Assembly (NCBI GenBank): GCA_048128005.1
Contig: JBEUKZ010000049.1
Coordinates: forward strand, 1 to 64,000
Direction: 5' to 3'
From: Veleropilina oligotropha
Taxonomy: Eukaryota
Length of the DNA stretch: 64,000 nucleotides
Made by a program: the position numbers and the translations under genes. Shown here piece after piece: positions 1-11,418 of the stretch; the first letter of the stretch is position 1, and every line of letters starts with the position of its first letter. Below the pieces are notes generated by a model. That model did no database searches, had not been told where the DNA came from, and was given only the letters and a program-made list of their open reading frames with translations.

Positions 1-73
1 CCGTACGTCCATAAACAATTTGGTTAAAGTTTCGAATTGAGGGTGTGTAGCTTGCCCATGATACTTTTTGGCA

Positions 74-1312
74 TATATCGGGTGGCCAATAAAAAACTTC
101 CCGAACTTTAAAGGTTAATAACTTTGCAATGAACCACTATATTGTTATGAAACTTCACACAAGTAAAAAATGTAATGTTGTTAATATATTCTGAAAGATT
201 CAAGTCTCTATATCATATACTTTTTCTGTAGTCGGATAAATATAAACAAACGTCAAAAACGGCAAGGGCTACGTCCAAAAAGCTGCATAGTTATCTTATA
301 TTTACTGAAAGAAGTGATCAATATGGCCTCTATCTGCTTCAAAAACTCCTCTGAGTTTTTTTTCCACCTTGATATCGTACTTCTAACCTCTCGAAGACAT
401 ATTTTGTCCCAGCATTTCTTCAGCCTCTTTTTTAGTTCACATTCATTAAACACATATGTACGCCCTTCGTACACTTTCTCTGACAGATTATTCCAAATGG
501 AATAGTCCATTGCGTTGAGGCCTGGACTCATCCACTGACTGATCCAAGAAGGCTTGCGTAGACCTACTTGTGTGCGAAGTTGCCCCATCCTGTTGGAAAA
601 CAAAACTTCCATCAGGATAGAGCCGACGGCAATCAGGCAAGAGTCCCTTTTCCAATAGTTTTTGATGTCTTTCACTTTTTTGGTATCAATAGTGAAGCAT
701 CGTTTTTCCATTCCACGATACCCCTGCAGAAACCATATTTTCTTGGTAAACCTTGATGTTTCATGGTACAGTCTTGTGGTGGATATATCCCATTTCATTC
801 TTCCGTACACCCTAGCGTTTTGGCGGTTACGCGCCACCTCATACGTGAAGTCTTTCTCGTCCGTAAAGACAAGTCTTTTTGCATCCTGTTTGGAATACCT
901 GCTGTATAACTTTTTGGGGTCTTCCTTTTTTGTTTGACTGTTTTATCCCGCCGTGAAACTTTTACGCGTTTGGAAGATTTTAATTCCAATTTGTTAGTAA
1001 TGTTCTGAACTGATGAGCGTGAAATTTCCAGATCTTTGGCAATTTTCTGCTGAGACTTATGAGTCCCTGGCTTGTCCTCTTGCGACACAATTGCTTCTTC
1101 CACGTAAACCTTATTTGTTTCAGTATTTGCGGTTCTTGGCCTTCCACTACCTTGTTTTCTACTGGTTGAACCTGAAGTCCTTATTCTCTCAATAAGGAGG
1201 TTGACTGTTCGCACATTCCACTTTGTATCAGGGAATTCCCTTATAATCCTTGCACCACACCAGCCCTTTTCCTTGAAACATGCCTCAATAACTGCTTTAT
1301 CACTCTGATTAA
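74..1312 (-). mobile_element. Tc1/mariner (maT, DD37D-like) transposon, one TIR plus degenerate transposase (unit 1)
   Basis: TA + TIR TATCGGGTGGCCAATAAAAAACTTCCCGAAC. Across frames: HTH region with GSGRPR, LVFTDEKDFT, FQQDGATSHT and SPGLNAMDYSIW. Frameshifted. Confidence 0.88.
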
Positions 1313-3110
1313 TTGAATTGAATTGATGTTTAACGACCACGCCGACACTATAATGGTCATAATCGGGTCGGTCAAGTTAATTATATAATAGTTTAATATA
1401 AAAAGATAAAAGTTGTGATACATATTTAATAATAAAATGAAACAGGTGTGAAAAATAATAAAACGAATCAATATATTTACAAGTAAAATAGGCAATGCAA
1501 ATTTGGATAAAAGCAAATCAATAAAAGGAAAATTAACATGGTATATTTACAGGTTAAAACGATATATATGCAAAGCAATAAAATTAAAATAAAAACAAGT
1601 ATAATAATAAAAACAAGATATCATATTTGTGAAATAAAATATAAATTATAACTTGTAAAAAATATTTACTTGTTTTAAAAACTCAAATATGTTTTCGAGC
1701 TTAGTGAATTTAAATAACTCTTGGAGTGAGTTTACCCTAAAGTGCTTTTGGCGTGCGAGATCCAAATCGACACAATCCAATAATATATGTTTAATTGTTA
1801 GGGCAGTTGCACAAGGAATACACTCAGGTGGAGGCTCCCCTTTAAGCAAGTAGGAGTGAGTGTAGTATGAATGCCCAATTCTCAGTCTGGCCAAGACGAC
1901 CTCCTCTCGCCGAGATGGCCTGCAAGAGGGTCCCCAGTCACCAAGAAGAGGTTGGACAATCTGCAGTTTATTCCTTGTGCATTCACTCCAAGAGTGCTGC
2001 CAAGTAGAATTTATATATTTGTTTATGCTTTGTTTAAAATCAGTGTGGGGCAATTTGCAGTTTAGTGTGTGGTTAAAATGCGAGGCTGCCTTGGCAGCTT
2101 GGTCAGCCTTCTCATTACCCTGGATACCGATATGGCTCGGTATCCAGCATAAAATAATGTCATTATCCGGTAAAAGGTTATTATATTTAATTAAAATATC
2201 TATAATAATAGGGTTTCTATTCACCCCCCTCAATGCCTGTAATCTAGAGAGGGAGTCTGAATAGATAATAAAACGCTTGCTATTACTCATTGATATAAAA
2301 TTGAGCGCAAGCTCGATTGCCTTCAATTCTGCAGTAAATATAGTCGCACTGCCTGACAGACGGTTTTGAAAACATTGTCTACCAGTAACAGCGGCTGCTC
2401 CTACTAATTCTGCATCTTTTGAACCATCTGTATATATGCTTGCACGATCTGAATATTTTAAATTGAGATCGTGCACTTTTAAGAGATAATCTGATGTGTC
2501 TGTGTTTGATTTTTTTAGTGAAGTAAGATGTAGGTCAATTTCCGGTAATTTAAGTGTCCATGGTGGAGTATCCGGAATGTAATTTGTTCTAATTTGAGCT
2601 ACATGTATGCCAGTGCTTTCTAGTGCAGGTTTTATGCGAATGCCGAATGGTGCAATTTTGTTTGGTTTTGCCAGAAATAAATTTTCGTAATTAGGTGTAA
2701 ATACAGTTTCGAAAGCTGGGTTAGATGGGTGTGATTTTAATTTGATTGCATATTGCAGTGATAATTTTTCACGTCTGTGTGTAAGAGATGGTTCATTTGC
2801 TTCAACATAGAGGCTTTCCATGGGTGATGTGCGGAAAGCCCCTAGTGCAAGTCGAAGCCCTTGGTTATGGATTGGATCAAGCATGTTAAGATATGAATGG
2901 CGAGCAGAGCCATATACTATGCTCCCATAATCAAGTTTTGATCTAATTAATGATCTGTATAGTCGTAATAAAACTGTTTTATCAGCACCCCATTCAGTAT
3001 TAGAAACTACTTTCATTATATTTAAAGCTTTTTTACATTTAGCTTTAATGTATTTTAAATGCGGTATGAAAGACAGTTTTCGGTCAAATACAAGGCCCAA
3101 AAATTTAAAT
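1313..3110 (-). mobile_element. I-group (Nimb-like) LINE 3' fragment: (TTCAA)n tail, 3' UTR, RNase H and CCHC (unit 1)
   Basis: ORF 1646-3127 with YTDGS...AELKAI...YSDS...WIPSHIGIQGNEKAD and CIPC-H-C; tail at 1313. The ORF's N-terminal residues come from the fusion junction. Confidence 0.93.
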
Positions 3111-4176
3111 AATAAAAAAAAACGCACACGAGATGATCAAAACGCATAGTCAACGGGCACATATGTGGTCAAGATTAGGACAACATCTTCAAAACCGAAG
3201 AAAATATCTAAAGGACAGGGAAAGCGGAAAGCGATCACAATTCATTGCAACACATTCAGGACCAACTTCTAACCATTCTTCTGTACTGGTGCCTACTCCT
3301 GTCCATCAAAGGCCACTAGATCTGATGAAGTGAATACCATGGCCACCTGCCAATTGCAACCAACAGCCGCCAAAATGTCAACGTACAAAATCCCGAAAAA
3401 ACAAGTACCGGTGTCAAACCAACCGCCTGTCTTATGCTTCCAGCCAGGACAGTTGGTAAACATTATGAATCGCAATGGAACGTGTCTTGGAACTGGAATT
3501 TTCATATCTAATAAAGATAATGTGTTCGCTGAAGTTGTTTTGAAGACAAAATTATCTCAAATGTTGTCTAGTGATCATGATTCAGATGAGTTGCCACAAC
3601 CATGCGGTAGTATTTATCACTTCAACCAACTAGAAAATAAACAGTTGTTTACCTGGAAACTTGTTAATATGACCTTCTGGCCGTGGGAAAGCTGTCCCAA
3701 TGAAGACTCCTGATCAGCCACAGGAACACGCAGTCAAATGATCCTCTTTGAATAAAAAAGTACTGGTAACCACATGCACTGCACCATCTACAATTAAACC
3801 ACCGGGCATGCCAGTACAAGTGTGCACCACTAGTACTGATCATGAATTCGAAATTGCATTGATGGAATGGGCGGAAGGCAAATTGTATCTTGGTGTATTA
3901 AGTAAAGATGGAGCAGTTGTTAAAAATTGTCCTAACTATATTGCAAAGATCACCAATGATGACGTAAAGATTTGTTCATCTATAAAATGGAACATGCTCT
4001 CTCTGAATGCCCAAGACATCCAGAGAAATCCTGATATGAAATATTGTGTGTGGAAATCAGCTGCATCTGGGCCATTGGCAAGTTATACAAAAGGAGCAAA
4101 GGAAATTAGAATCAGTAATGTGGCAGCATTCCTCGCTGAGATGAAGGATCACTTGATAACATATGATGATCAATAG
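3111..4176 (+). pseudogene. Unidentified degenerate ORF (paralog of 25529-26600); also at 11419-12484
   Basis: ORFs 3330-3713 and 3748-4176 are broken at different points than the 25.7-26.6 kb copy. No recognisable domain. Confidence 0.5.
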
Positions 4177-4195
4177 TGATTTATTTCCTCTGCAG

Positions 4196-4293
4196 GCCAA
4201 GAAGATAGAGGAACTGGAGGCAGAGCTGGCCGCGTCCGAGAGGCAGCGACGGGCCACAGAGTCCGAGCTGCAGGATGAGATCGCCAACAGCAA
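4196..4293 (+). pseudogene. Orphan exon resembling the non-muscle myosin II heavy chain rod; also at 12504-12601
   Basis: ttcctctgcAG|...|GTAAGT; reads AKKIEELEAELAASERQRRATESELQDEIANSK. Confidence 0.65.
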
Positions 4294-4545
4294 GTAAGTC
4301 AAGAAAAACAGCAAGTTAGTCTAGTACAAGGCTCTCGCTTGACTGCTCTGTCTAGCAGGAGTGAGTTTGAATTCTTGTTTTGGCGCTTTGTTCAGTAGAC
4401 AGTCATAGTCGATCATAACTGTCTGGTGACGGCGTATTTCCCAGGTTTTCTTCCCATGACGATATGGACTTGTCCAGGTATGAACTTGAAGATTGTTAAG
4501 AACGTGATATTTGTATCGAGCGTAACCAAATTCAACAGCTAGTAA

Positions 4546-5232
4546 CCAAACCTAATGGATGTCATGTAGAAACAGGCCAAACCTAATAGATGGATGTCAC
4601 GTAGAAACAGGCCAAACCTAATAGATCGGATGTCATGTAGAAACAAGCCAAACCTAATAGATGGATGTCACGTAGAAACAGGCCAAACCTAATAGATGGA
4701 TGTCATGTAGAAACAGGCCAAACCTAATATATCGGATGTCACATAGATAGAAACAAACCAAACCTAATAGATCGGATGTCACGTAGAAGTTTACAGGCCA
4801 AACCTAATAGATAGATGTCATGTAGAAACAGGCCAAACCTAATAGATCGGATGTCACGTAGAAACAGGCCAAACCTAATAGATGGATGTTACGTAGAAAC
4901 AGGCCAAACCTAATAGATCGGATGTCACGTAGAAACAGGCCAAACCTAATAGATGGATGTCATGTAGAAACAGGCCAAACCTAATAGATCGGATGTCACA
5001 TAGAAACAAACCAAACCTAATAGATCGGATGTCACGTAGAAGTTTACAGGCCAAACCTAATAGATAGATGTCATGTAGAAACAGTCCAAACCTAATAGAT
5101 GGGATGTCACGTAGAAGTTTACAGGCCAAACCTAATAGATGGGATGTCACGTAGAAACAGGCCAAACCTAATAGATGGGATGTCACGTAGAAACCGACCA
5201 AACCTAATAGATGGATGTCACGTAGAAACAGG
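4546..5232. repeat. 35-39 bp minisatellite, about 19 copies (unit 1)
   Basis: Consensus AGAAACAGGCCAAACCTAATAGAT(C/G)GGATGTCA(C/T)GT; variant AGAAGTTTACAGG. Confidence 0.97.
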
Positions 5233-5245
5233 AGAGAAGTAGCAT

Positions 5246-5429
5246 TCCAGGCATCCTACTTGTGCAAAAGAAAATCAAAATCAATTTAGCATAAACCACA
5301 ATTACAGTAAAATGTCAGACTACATATTCACATTCTAATGATCTGACTAATCATATCTCATCCATTTTTTATAAGTTTAATATTTTATAGGATGAATTAC
5401 TATGCTACTTAGGATTTGTCTTTGATAAG
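5246..5429 (+). repeat. 184 bp direct repeat, partner at 7277-7460 (unit 2: 13554-13737 and 15585-15768)
   Basis: TCCAGGCATCC...CTTTGATAAG occurs twice, with one mismatch seen. Confidence 0.92.
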
Positions 5430-5450
5430 ACCCCCGATACCACGGTAGAG

Positions 5451-5981
5451 GTGGCACCAGGGTTCTACAGCTTCGATTCCCTCGCCAAGACGATGAAGAG
5501 GTCCCTAGCTAACATGCGGCTCGAGGTAAGCCGTGCTACCGGACTCGCGCAACTCGTCCCAGAGGGGACTCGACTGGCGATAAGCGACGATATACGGAAG
5601 CTCCTCGGCTTCACCCTTTCAGGGTGGCTACTTATGACTTATGACAAGAACAAGCCAGTCGGGTCGCTGCAATGGCTACGCCCCGGGACTTATGACGGGA
5701 ACAAGCCCGTCGGGTTTGCCATAGCAGCGACCCTACACGTTCATCTGGAGAAGCTCGGAACAACACACAATATGAAGGACGGCGCCCCGAGCAATATTCT
5801 CGCGGTGGTCCCTATAACGTCGCAGATGTTCGGTGAGGCTGCCCACTATCATAGCTATCCAGCCTTCCGGCGACTACAGGCGGGGCTACTCACAGAATTG
5901 AAGGTGTATGTCACCGACTCAGATGGTAACCCGCTCGACAATCACGGTATGCCTATTTCCGCCGTCCTTGAGATACAATGA
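5451..5981 (+). pseudogene. Polinton/adintovirus-like minor capsid (penton) gene, 5'-truncated; endogenous viral fragment
   Basis: GC-rich, intronless. C-terminus NILAVVPI...ELKVYVTDSDGNPLDNHGMPISAVLEI resembles, from memory, Polinton-type single jelly-roll minor capsids. Confidence 0.65.
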
Positions 5982-6337
5982 GCAGCATCTACGGGACCCC
6001 ACTCCTGCTTGCAGATGAGCCTTCAGCGACCCAGTGGCACTTTGTTCTTAGTTGTGGGGAAGCGCCCAAGAAGGGGCTGGCGAGGAGGGAGTTTATGATC
6101 CCAAACGCTGGAGGTCGGTTTGGGTTGAACCCAGCCCTTCTAATGATCCACATGACGCCGGTCCAGCCGGCCGGGGGCGCCCCCAAAGCGTGTTCCATAA
6201 ATAGACTTGGCCTGGATTCGGACAAGTTGACCCTCGCCTTTGCCATCAAGGCCCCCTGGGTGAACACCCTTTATTTGAACGTTACGGTAGACATTCGGAA
6301 TCAACAGGCTGAACAATACAGCCACGGGGGGGACTAG
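5978..6337 (+). CDS. Hypothetical 119 aa protein of the viral-like fragment
   Basis: ATGA stop/start overlap with the penton-like ORF; same GC-rich composition. Confidence 0.45.
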   Translation: MSSIYGTPLLLADEPSATQWHFVLSCGEAPKKGLARREFMIPNAGGRFGLNPALLMIHMTPVQPAGGAPKACSINRLGLDSDKLTLAFAIKAPWVNTLYLNVTVDIRNQQAEQYSHGGD

Positions 6338-6383
6338 GGGGTTTTGAAATAATCTAGGGGGGGCCCGGGGAGACCGGGAAGGC

Positions 6384-6588
6384 AGGACATGTCCGTGTTA
6401 TCGCGGGAGGAAACCCCGGTCGCCGGGTAAACCCGCCCTCTTCGGCCAGTCACGGACAACTGTGCTTCATAACTTGAACAAATGTGTGCTGCCTCAGCCG
6501 GGGGTCGATCCCACTACTGTTCGCGTCAGCGGAAACAAGCCAGTGAAGTTAGAGTGGACACTCTACCCACTGCGCTACCGAAGCGGCC
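6384..6588 (-). mobile_element. tRNA-derived SINE, 3'-truncated, unit 1 only
   Basis: Minus strand GGCCGCTTCGGTAGCGCAGTGG (A box), GGATCGACCCC (B-box-like), then GGTTTACCCGGCGACCGGGGTTTCCTCCC resembling a V-type SINE central domain. No tail. Confidence 0.7.
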
Positions 6589-6597
6589 GGTCTCGAA

Positions 6598-6820
6598 AGA
6601 AGGCGGCGCAAAGGCGGTGGGTGCGGTAAACGCAAGGTGGACAGTAAGTACAGAGCATGCGCAAGGTGGATAGTAAGTGGTCGGGGGGGGTACGGCATGT
6701 TCAAGTTGGATAGTAAGTGGTCGAATAGATACGGCAAGGTTCACAGGGTGGCCATAGCTTTTAACATGGTCAACAGGGTAGCCATAGCTGTGTGATCGAC
6801 AAGGTGACCATAGGTGTTTA
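6598..6820. repeat. Unclassified repeat with internal sub-repeats; copies at about 7873-8180, 14908-15128 and 15868-16176
   Basis: Starts GAAGGCGGCGCAAAGGCGG; repeated GATAGTAAGTGGTCG; 30 bp unit AACATGGTCCACAGGGTAGCCATAGCTGTT in variable copy number. Confidence 0.8.
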
Positions 6821-6994
6821 AAAATAACCTCTTAAAAAAATTTGCTGCAGTTTCGAGAGAAACAGCCATATATATCTATATTTGGAAAAGACAAACGGAA
6901 CAGGCCCAATGCCAAATTTTATTTTGTTGAGAATTCCAAGTATTGCACCATAGTATTAATAAACTCAGCGTCACTCTTAACCTGTCCATTGCAG

Positions 6995-7872
6995 AGTAGG
7001 CATCGAGTTCAGTCTGACCCCAAACGACGTACACGGCCTCCCACCGAACCTGGCGTTCCTGTATGAGTTCACCAACAAAATGATGAAGAAGGATAAGAAC
7101 ACAGTGTGAGTTCTCTGATGTTTATGGCTACACAGTGTGAATTCTTGGATGTTATGTTTACAAATATATAATTATTTGGGTATTGATTGCATTGAACTTG
7201 TGATTGTATTCATTCAGGATCTTCCATTTTTTTCTCCATTTTGTTTGATTGGCGTCATCGACTGAGCAGTTACCACTCCAGGCATCCTACTTGTGCAAAA
7301 GAAAATCAAAATCAATTTAGCATAAACCACAATTACAGTAAAATGTCAGACTACATATTCACATTCTAATGATCTGACTAATCATATCTCATCCATTTTT
7401 TATAAGTTGAATATTTTATAGGATGAATTACTATGCTACTTAGGATTTGTCTTTGATAAGTATGGATTTGTCTTTGATAAGTATGCAAAGAGCGATGGCA
7501 GTCCTTAGCAGTGATCCATATGTACGAGAATAGTATTGGTGAATCTAGTACATTAATTGTATGCGTGGCGAAGTCTGCCTATATGTTTTCGCACAACTCA
7601 AAAAGTCTTATCTTGTGTACAGATGTGCCATGGGACGAAGGAGAAGCCTATTTATTTTAACTTCAGGCACTTTGGTTGAATAGGTAAAGAATTTAACCAT
7701 TGTATAATGCTTCATTATGTTACTCATGTTAGTTATGTGCTTACCGTGTTTTCTCTGGCAGCGTGAACTACCTGGACAAGCACCAGTCGGCCCTCTGTGA
7801 GGGATGGCAGCTGCTGCAGGGGTATAGAAACCGCCTGGTGCAGGTGAAGCACAAGACCCGCCCGATCATACG
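6995..7872 (+). pseudogene. Host-gene fragment: two in-phase exons (6995-7105; 7762 to about 7872)
   Basis: cattgcAG|111 bp|GTGAGT, then ttctctggcAG|. The phase-2 join reads VGIEFSLTPNDVHGLPPNLAFLYEFTNKMMKKDKNTVVNYLDKHQSALCEGWQLLQGYRNRLV. Gene not identified. Confidence 0.6.
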
Positions 7873-8381
7873 AAGGAAGGCGGCGCAAAGGCGGTGCGTT
7901 AAGCGCAAGGTGGACAGTAAGTACAGCATGCGCAAGGTAGATAGTAAGTGGTCGGGGGGGTACGGCATGTTCAAGTTGGATAGTAAGTGGTCGAATAGAT
8001 ACGGCAAGGTTCACAGGGTTACCATAGCTTTTAACATGGTCCACAGGGTAGCCATAGCTGTTAACATGGTCCACAGGGTAGCCATAGCTGTTAACATGGT
8101 CCACAGGGTTACCATACCTTTTAACATGGTCCACAGGGTAGCCATAGCTGTGTGATCGACAAGGTGACCATAGGTGTTTATACGGTCAATAAATCCAAAT
8201 GCATTCCATTCCTCTAGTTCTTGGGTTTTGGACCGCATATATAATGTAATTATCATTTTTATCCCCCGCCCGAAGGGTAGCGGGGGATATTGTTGTTGCC
8301 ATGTCCGACCGTACGTCCATAAACAATTTGGTTAAAGTTTCGAATTGAGGGTGTGTAGCTTGCCCATGATACTTTTTGGCA

Positions 8382-9620
8382 TATATCGGGTGGCCAATAA
8401 AAAACTTCCCGAACTTTAAAGGTTAATAACTTTGCAATGAACCACTATATTGTTATGAAACTTCACACAAGTAAAAAATGTAATGTTGTTAATATATTCT
8501 GAAAGATTCAAGTCTCTATATCATATACTTTTTCTGTAGTCGGATAAATATAAACAAACGTCAAAAACGGCAAGGGCTACGTCCAAAAAGCTGCATAGTT
8601 ATCTTATATTTACTGAAAGAAGTGATCAATATGGCCTCTATCTGCTTCAAAAACTCCTCTGAGTTTTTTTTCCACCTTGATATCGTACTTCTAACCTCTC
8701 GAAGACATATTTTGTCCCAGCATTTCTTCAGCCTCTTTTTTAGTTCACATTCATTAAACACATATGTACGCCCTTCGTACACTTTCTCTGACAGATTATT
8801 CCAAATGGAATAGTCCATTGCGTTGAGGCCTGGACTCATCCACTGACTGATCCAAGAAGGCTTGCGTAGACCTACTTGTGTGCGAAGTTGCCCCATCCTG
8901 TTGGAAAACAAAACTTCCATCAGGATAGAGCCGACGGCAATCAGGCAAGAGTCCCTTTTCCAATAGTTTTTGATGTCTTTCACTTTTTTGGTATCAATAG
9001 TGAAGCATCGTTTTTCCATTCCACGATACCCCTGCAGAAACCATATTTTCTTGGTAAACCTTGATGTTTCATGGTACAGTCTTGTGGTGGATATATCCCA
9101 TTTCATTCTTCCGTACACCCTAGCGTTTTGGCGGTTACGCGCCACCTCATACGTGAAGTCTTTCTCGTCCGTAAAGACAAGTCTTTTTGCATCCTGTTTG
9201 GAATACCTGCTGTATAACTTTTTGGGGTCTTCCTTTTTTGTTTGACTGTTTTATCCCGCCGTGAAACTTTTACGCGTTTGGAAGATTTTAATTCCAATTT
9301 GTTAGTAATGTTCTGAACTGATGAGCGTGAAATTTCCAGATCTTTGGCAATTTTCTGCTGAGACTTATGAGTCCCTGGCTTGTCCTCTTGCGACACAATT
9401 GCTTCTTCCACGTAAACCTTATTTGTTTCAGTATTTGCGGTTCTTGGCCTTCCACTACCTTGTTTTCTACTGGTTGAACCTGAAGTCCTTATTCTCTCAA
9501 TAAGGAGGTTGACTGTTCGCACATTCCACTTTGTATCAGGGAATTCCCTTATAATCCTTGCACCACACCAGCCCTTTTCCTTGAAACATGCCTCAATAAC
9601 TGCTTTATCACTCTGATTAA
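8382..9620 (-). mobile_element. maT/Tc1-mariner fragment (unit 2)
   Basis: Same ORF translations as 74-1312. Confidence 0.88.
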
Positions 9621-11418
9621 TTGAATTGAATTGATGTTTAACGACCACGCCGACACTATAATGGTCATAATCGGGTCGGTCAAGTTAATTATATAATAGT
9701 TTAATATAAAAAGATAAAAGTTGTGATACATATTTAATAATAAAATGAAACAGGTGTGAAAAATAATAAAACGAATCAATATATTTACAAGTAAAATAGG
9801 CAATGCAAATTTGGATAAAAGCAAATCAATAAAAGGAAAATTAACATGGTATATTTACAGGTTAAAACGATATATATGCAAAGCAATAAAATTAAAATAA
9901 AAACAAGTATAATAATAAAAACAAGATATCATATTTGTGAAATAAAATATAAATTATAACTTGTAAAAAATATTTACTTGTTTTAAAAACTCAAATATGT
10001 TTTCGAGCTTAGTGAATTTAAATAACTCTTGGAGTGAGTTTACCCTAAAGTGCTTTTGGCGTGCGAGATCCAAATCGACACAATCCAATAATATATGTTT
10101 AATTGTTAGGGCAGTTGCACAAGGAATACACTCAGGTGGAGGCTCCCCTTTAAGCAAGTAGGAGTGAGTGTAGTATGAATGCCCAATTCTCAGTCTGGCC
10201 AAGACGACCTCCTCTCGCCGAGATGGCCTGCAAGAGGGTCCCCAGTCACCAAGAAGAGGTTGGACAATCTGCAGTTTATTCCTTGTGCATTCACTCCAAG
10301 AGTGCTGCCAAGTAGAATTTATATATTTGTTTATGCTTTGTTTAAAATCAGTGTGGGGCAATTTGCAGTTTAGTGTGTGGTTAAAATGCGAGGCTGCCTT
10401 GGCAGCTTGGTCAGCCTTCTCATTACCCTGGATACCGATATGGCTCGGTATCCAGCATAAAATAATGTCATTATCCGGTAAAAGGTTATTATATTTAATT
10501 AAAATATCTATAATAATAGGGTTTCTATTCACCCCCCTCAATGCCTGTAATCTAGAGAGGGAGTCTGAATAGATAATAAAACGCTTGCTATTACTCATTG
10601 ATATAAAATTGAGCGCAAGCTCGATTGCCTTCAATTCTGCAGTAAATATAGTCGCACTGCCTGACAGACGGTTTTGAAAACATTGTCTACCAGTAACAGC
10701 GGCTGCTCCTACTAATTCTGCATCTTTTGAACCATCTGTATATATGCTTGCACGATCTGAATATTTTAAATTGAGATCGTGCACTTTTAAGAGATAATCT
10801 GATGTGTCTGTGTTTGATTTTTTTAGTGAAGTAAGATGTAGGTCAATTTCCGGTAATTTAAGTGTCCATGGTGGAGTATCCGGAATGTAATTTGTTCTAA
10901 TTTGAGCTACATGTATGCCAGTGCTTTCTAGTGCAGGTTTTATGCGAATGCCGAATGGTGCAATTTTGTTTGGTTTTGCCAGAAATAAATTTTCGTAATT
11001 AGGTGTAAATACAGTTTCGAAAGCTGGGTTAGATGGGTGTGATTTTAATTTGATTGCATATTGCAGTGATAATTTTTCACGTCTGTGTGTAAGAGATGGT
11101 TCATTTGCTTCAACATAGAGGCTTTCCATGGGTGATGTGCGGAAAGCCCCTAGTGCAAGTCGAAGCCCTTGGTTATGGATTGGATCAAGCATGTTAAGAT
11201 ATGAATGGCGAGCAGAGCCATATACTATGCTCCCATAATCAAGTTTTGATCTAATTAATGATCTGTATAGTCGTAATAAAACTGTTTTATCAGCACCCCA
11301 TTCAGTATTAGAAACTACTTTCATTATATTTAAAGCTTTTTTACATTTAGCTTTAATGTATTTTAAATGCGGTATGAAAGACAGTTTTCGGTCAAATACA
11401 AGGCCCAAAAATTTAAAT
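9621..11418 (-). mobile_element. I-group LINE 3' fragment (unit 2)
   Basis: Same translation as 1313-3110. Confidence 0.93.

Noticed and set aside
4546..5232. CRISPR-like array
   Set aside because: Contiguous 35-39 bp monomers with no unique spacers, no cas genes, eukaryotic context.
6490..6588. Functional tRNA gene
   Set aside because: A/B boxes are present but the spacing is long, I could not build a cloverleaf, and a SINE body follows.
5246..7460. LTR retrotransposon bounded by the 184 bp repeats
   Set aside because: No TG...CA ends, PBS, PPT or gag/pol; the repeat is part of an intron.
7560..7872. MITE insertion in unit 1
   Set aside because: Only a 5 bp inverted match, no TSD, and it contains an in-phase exon, so deletion in unit 2 is more likely.
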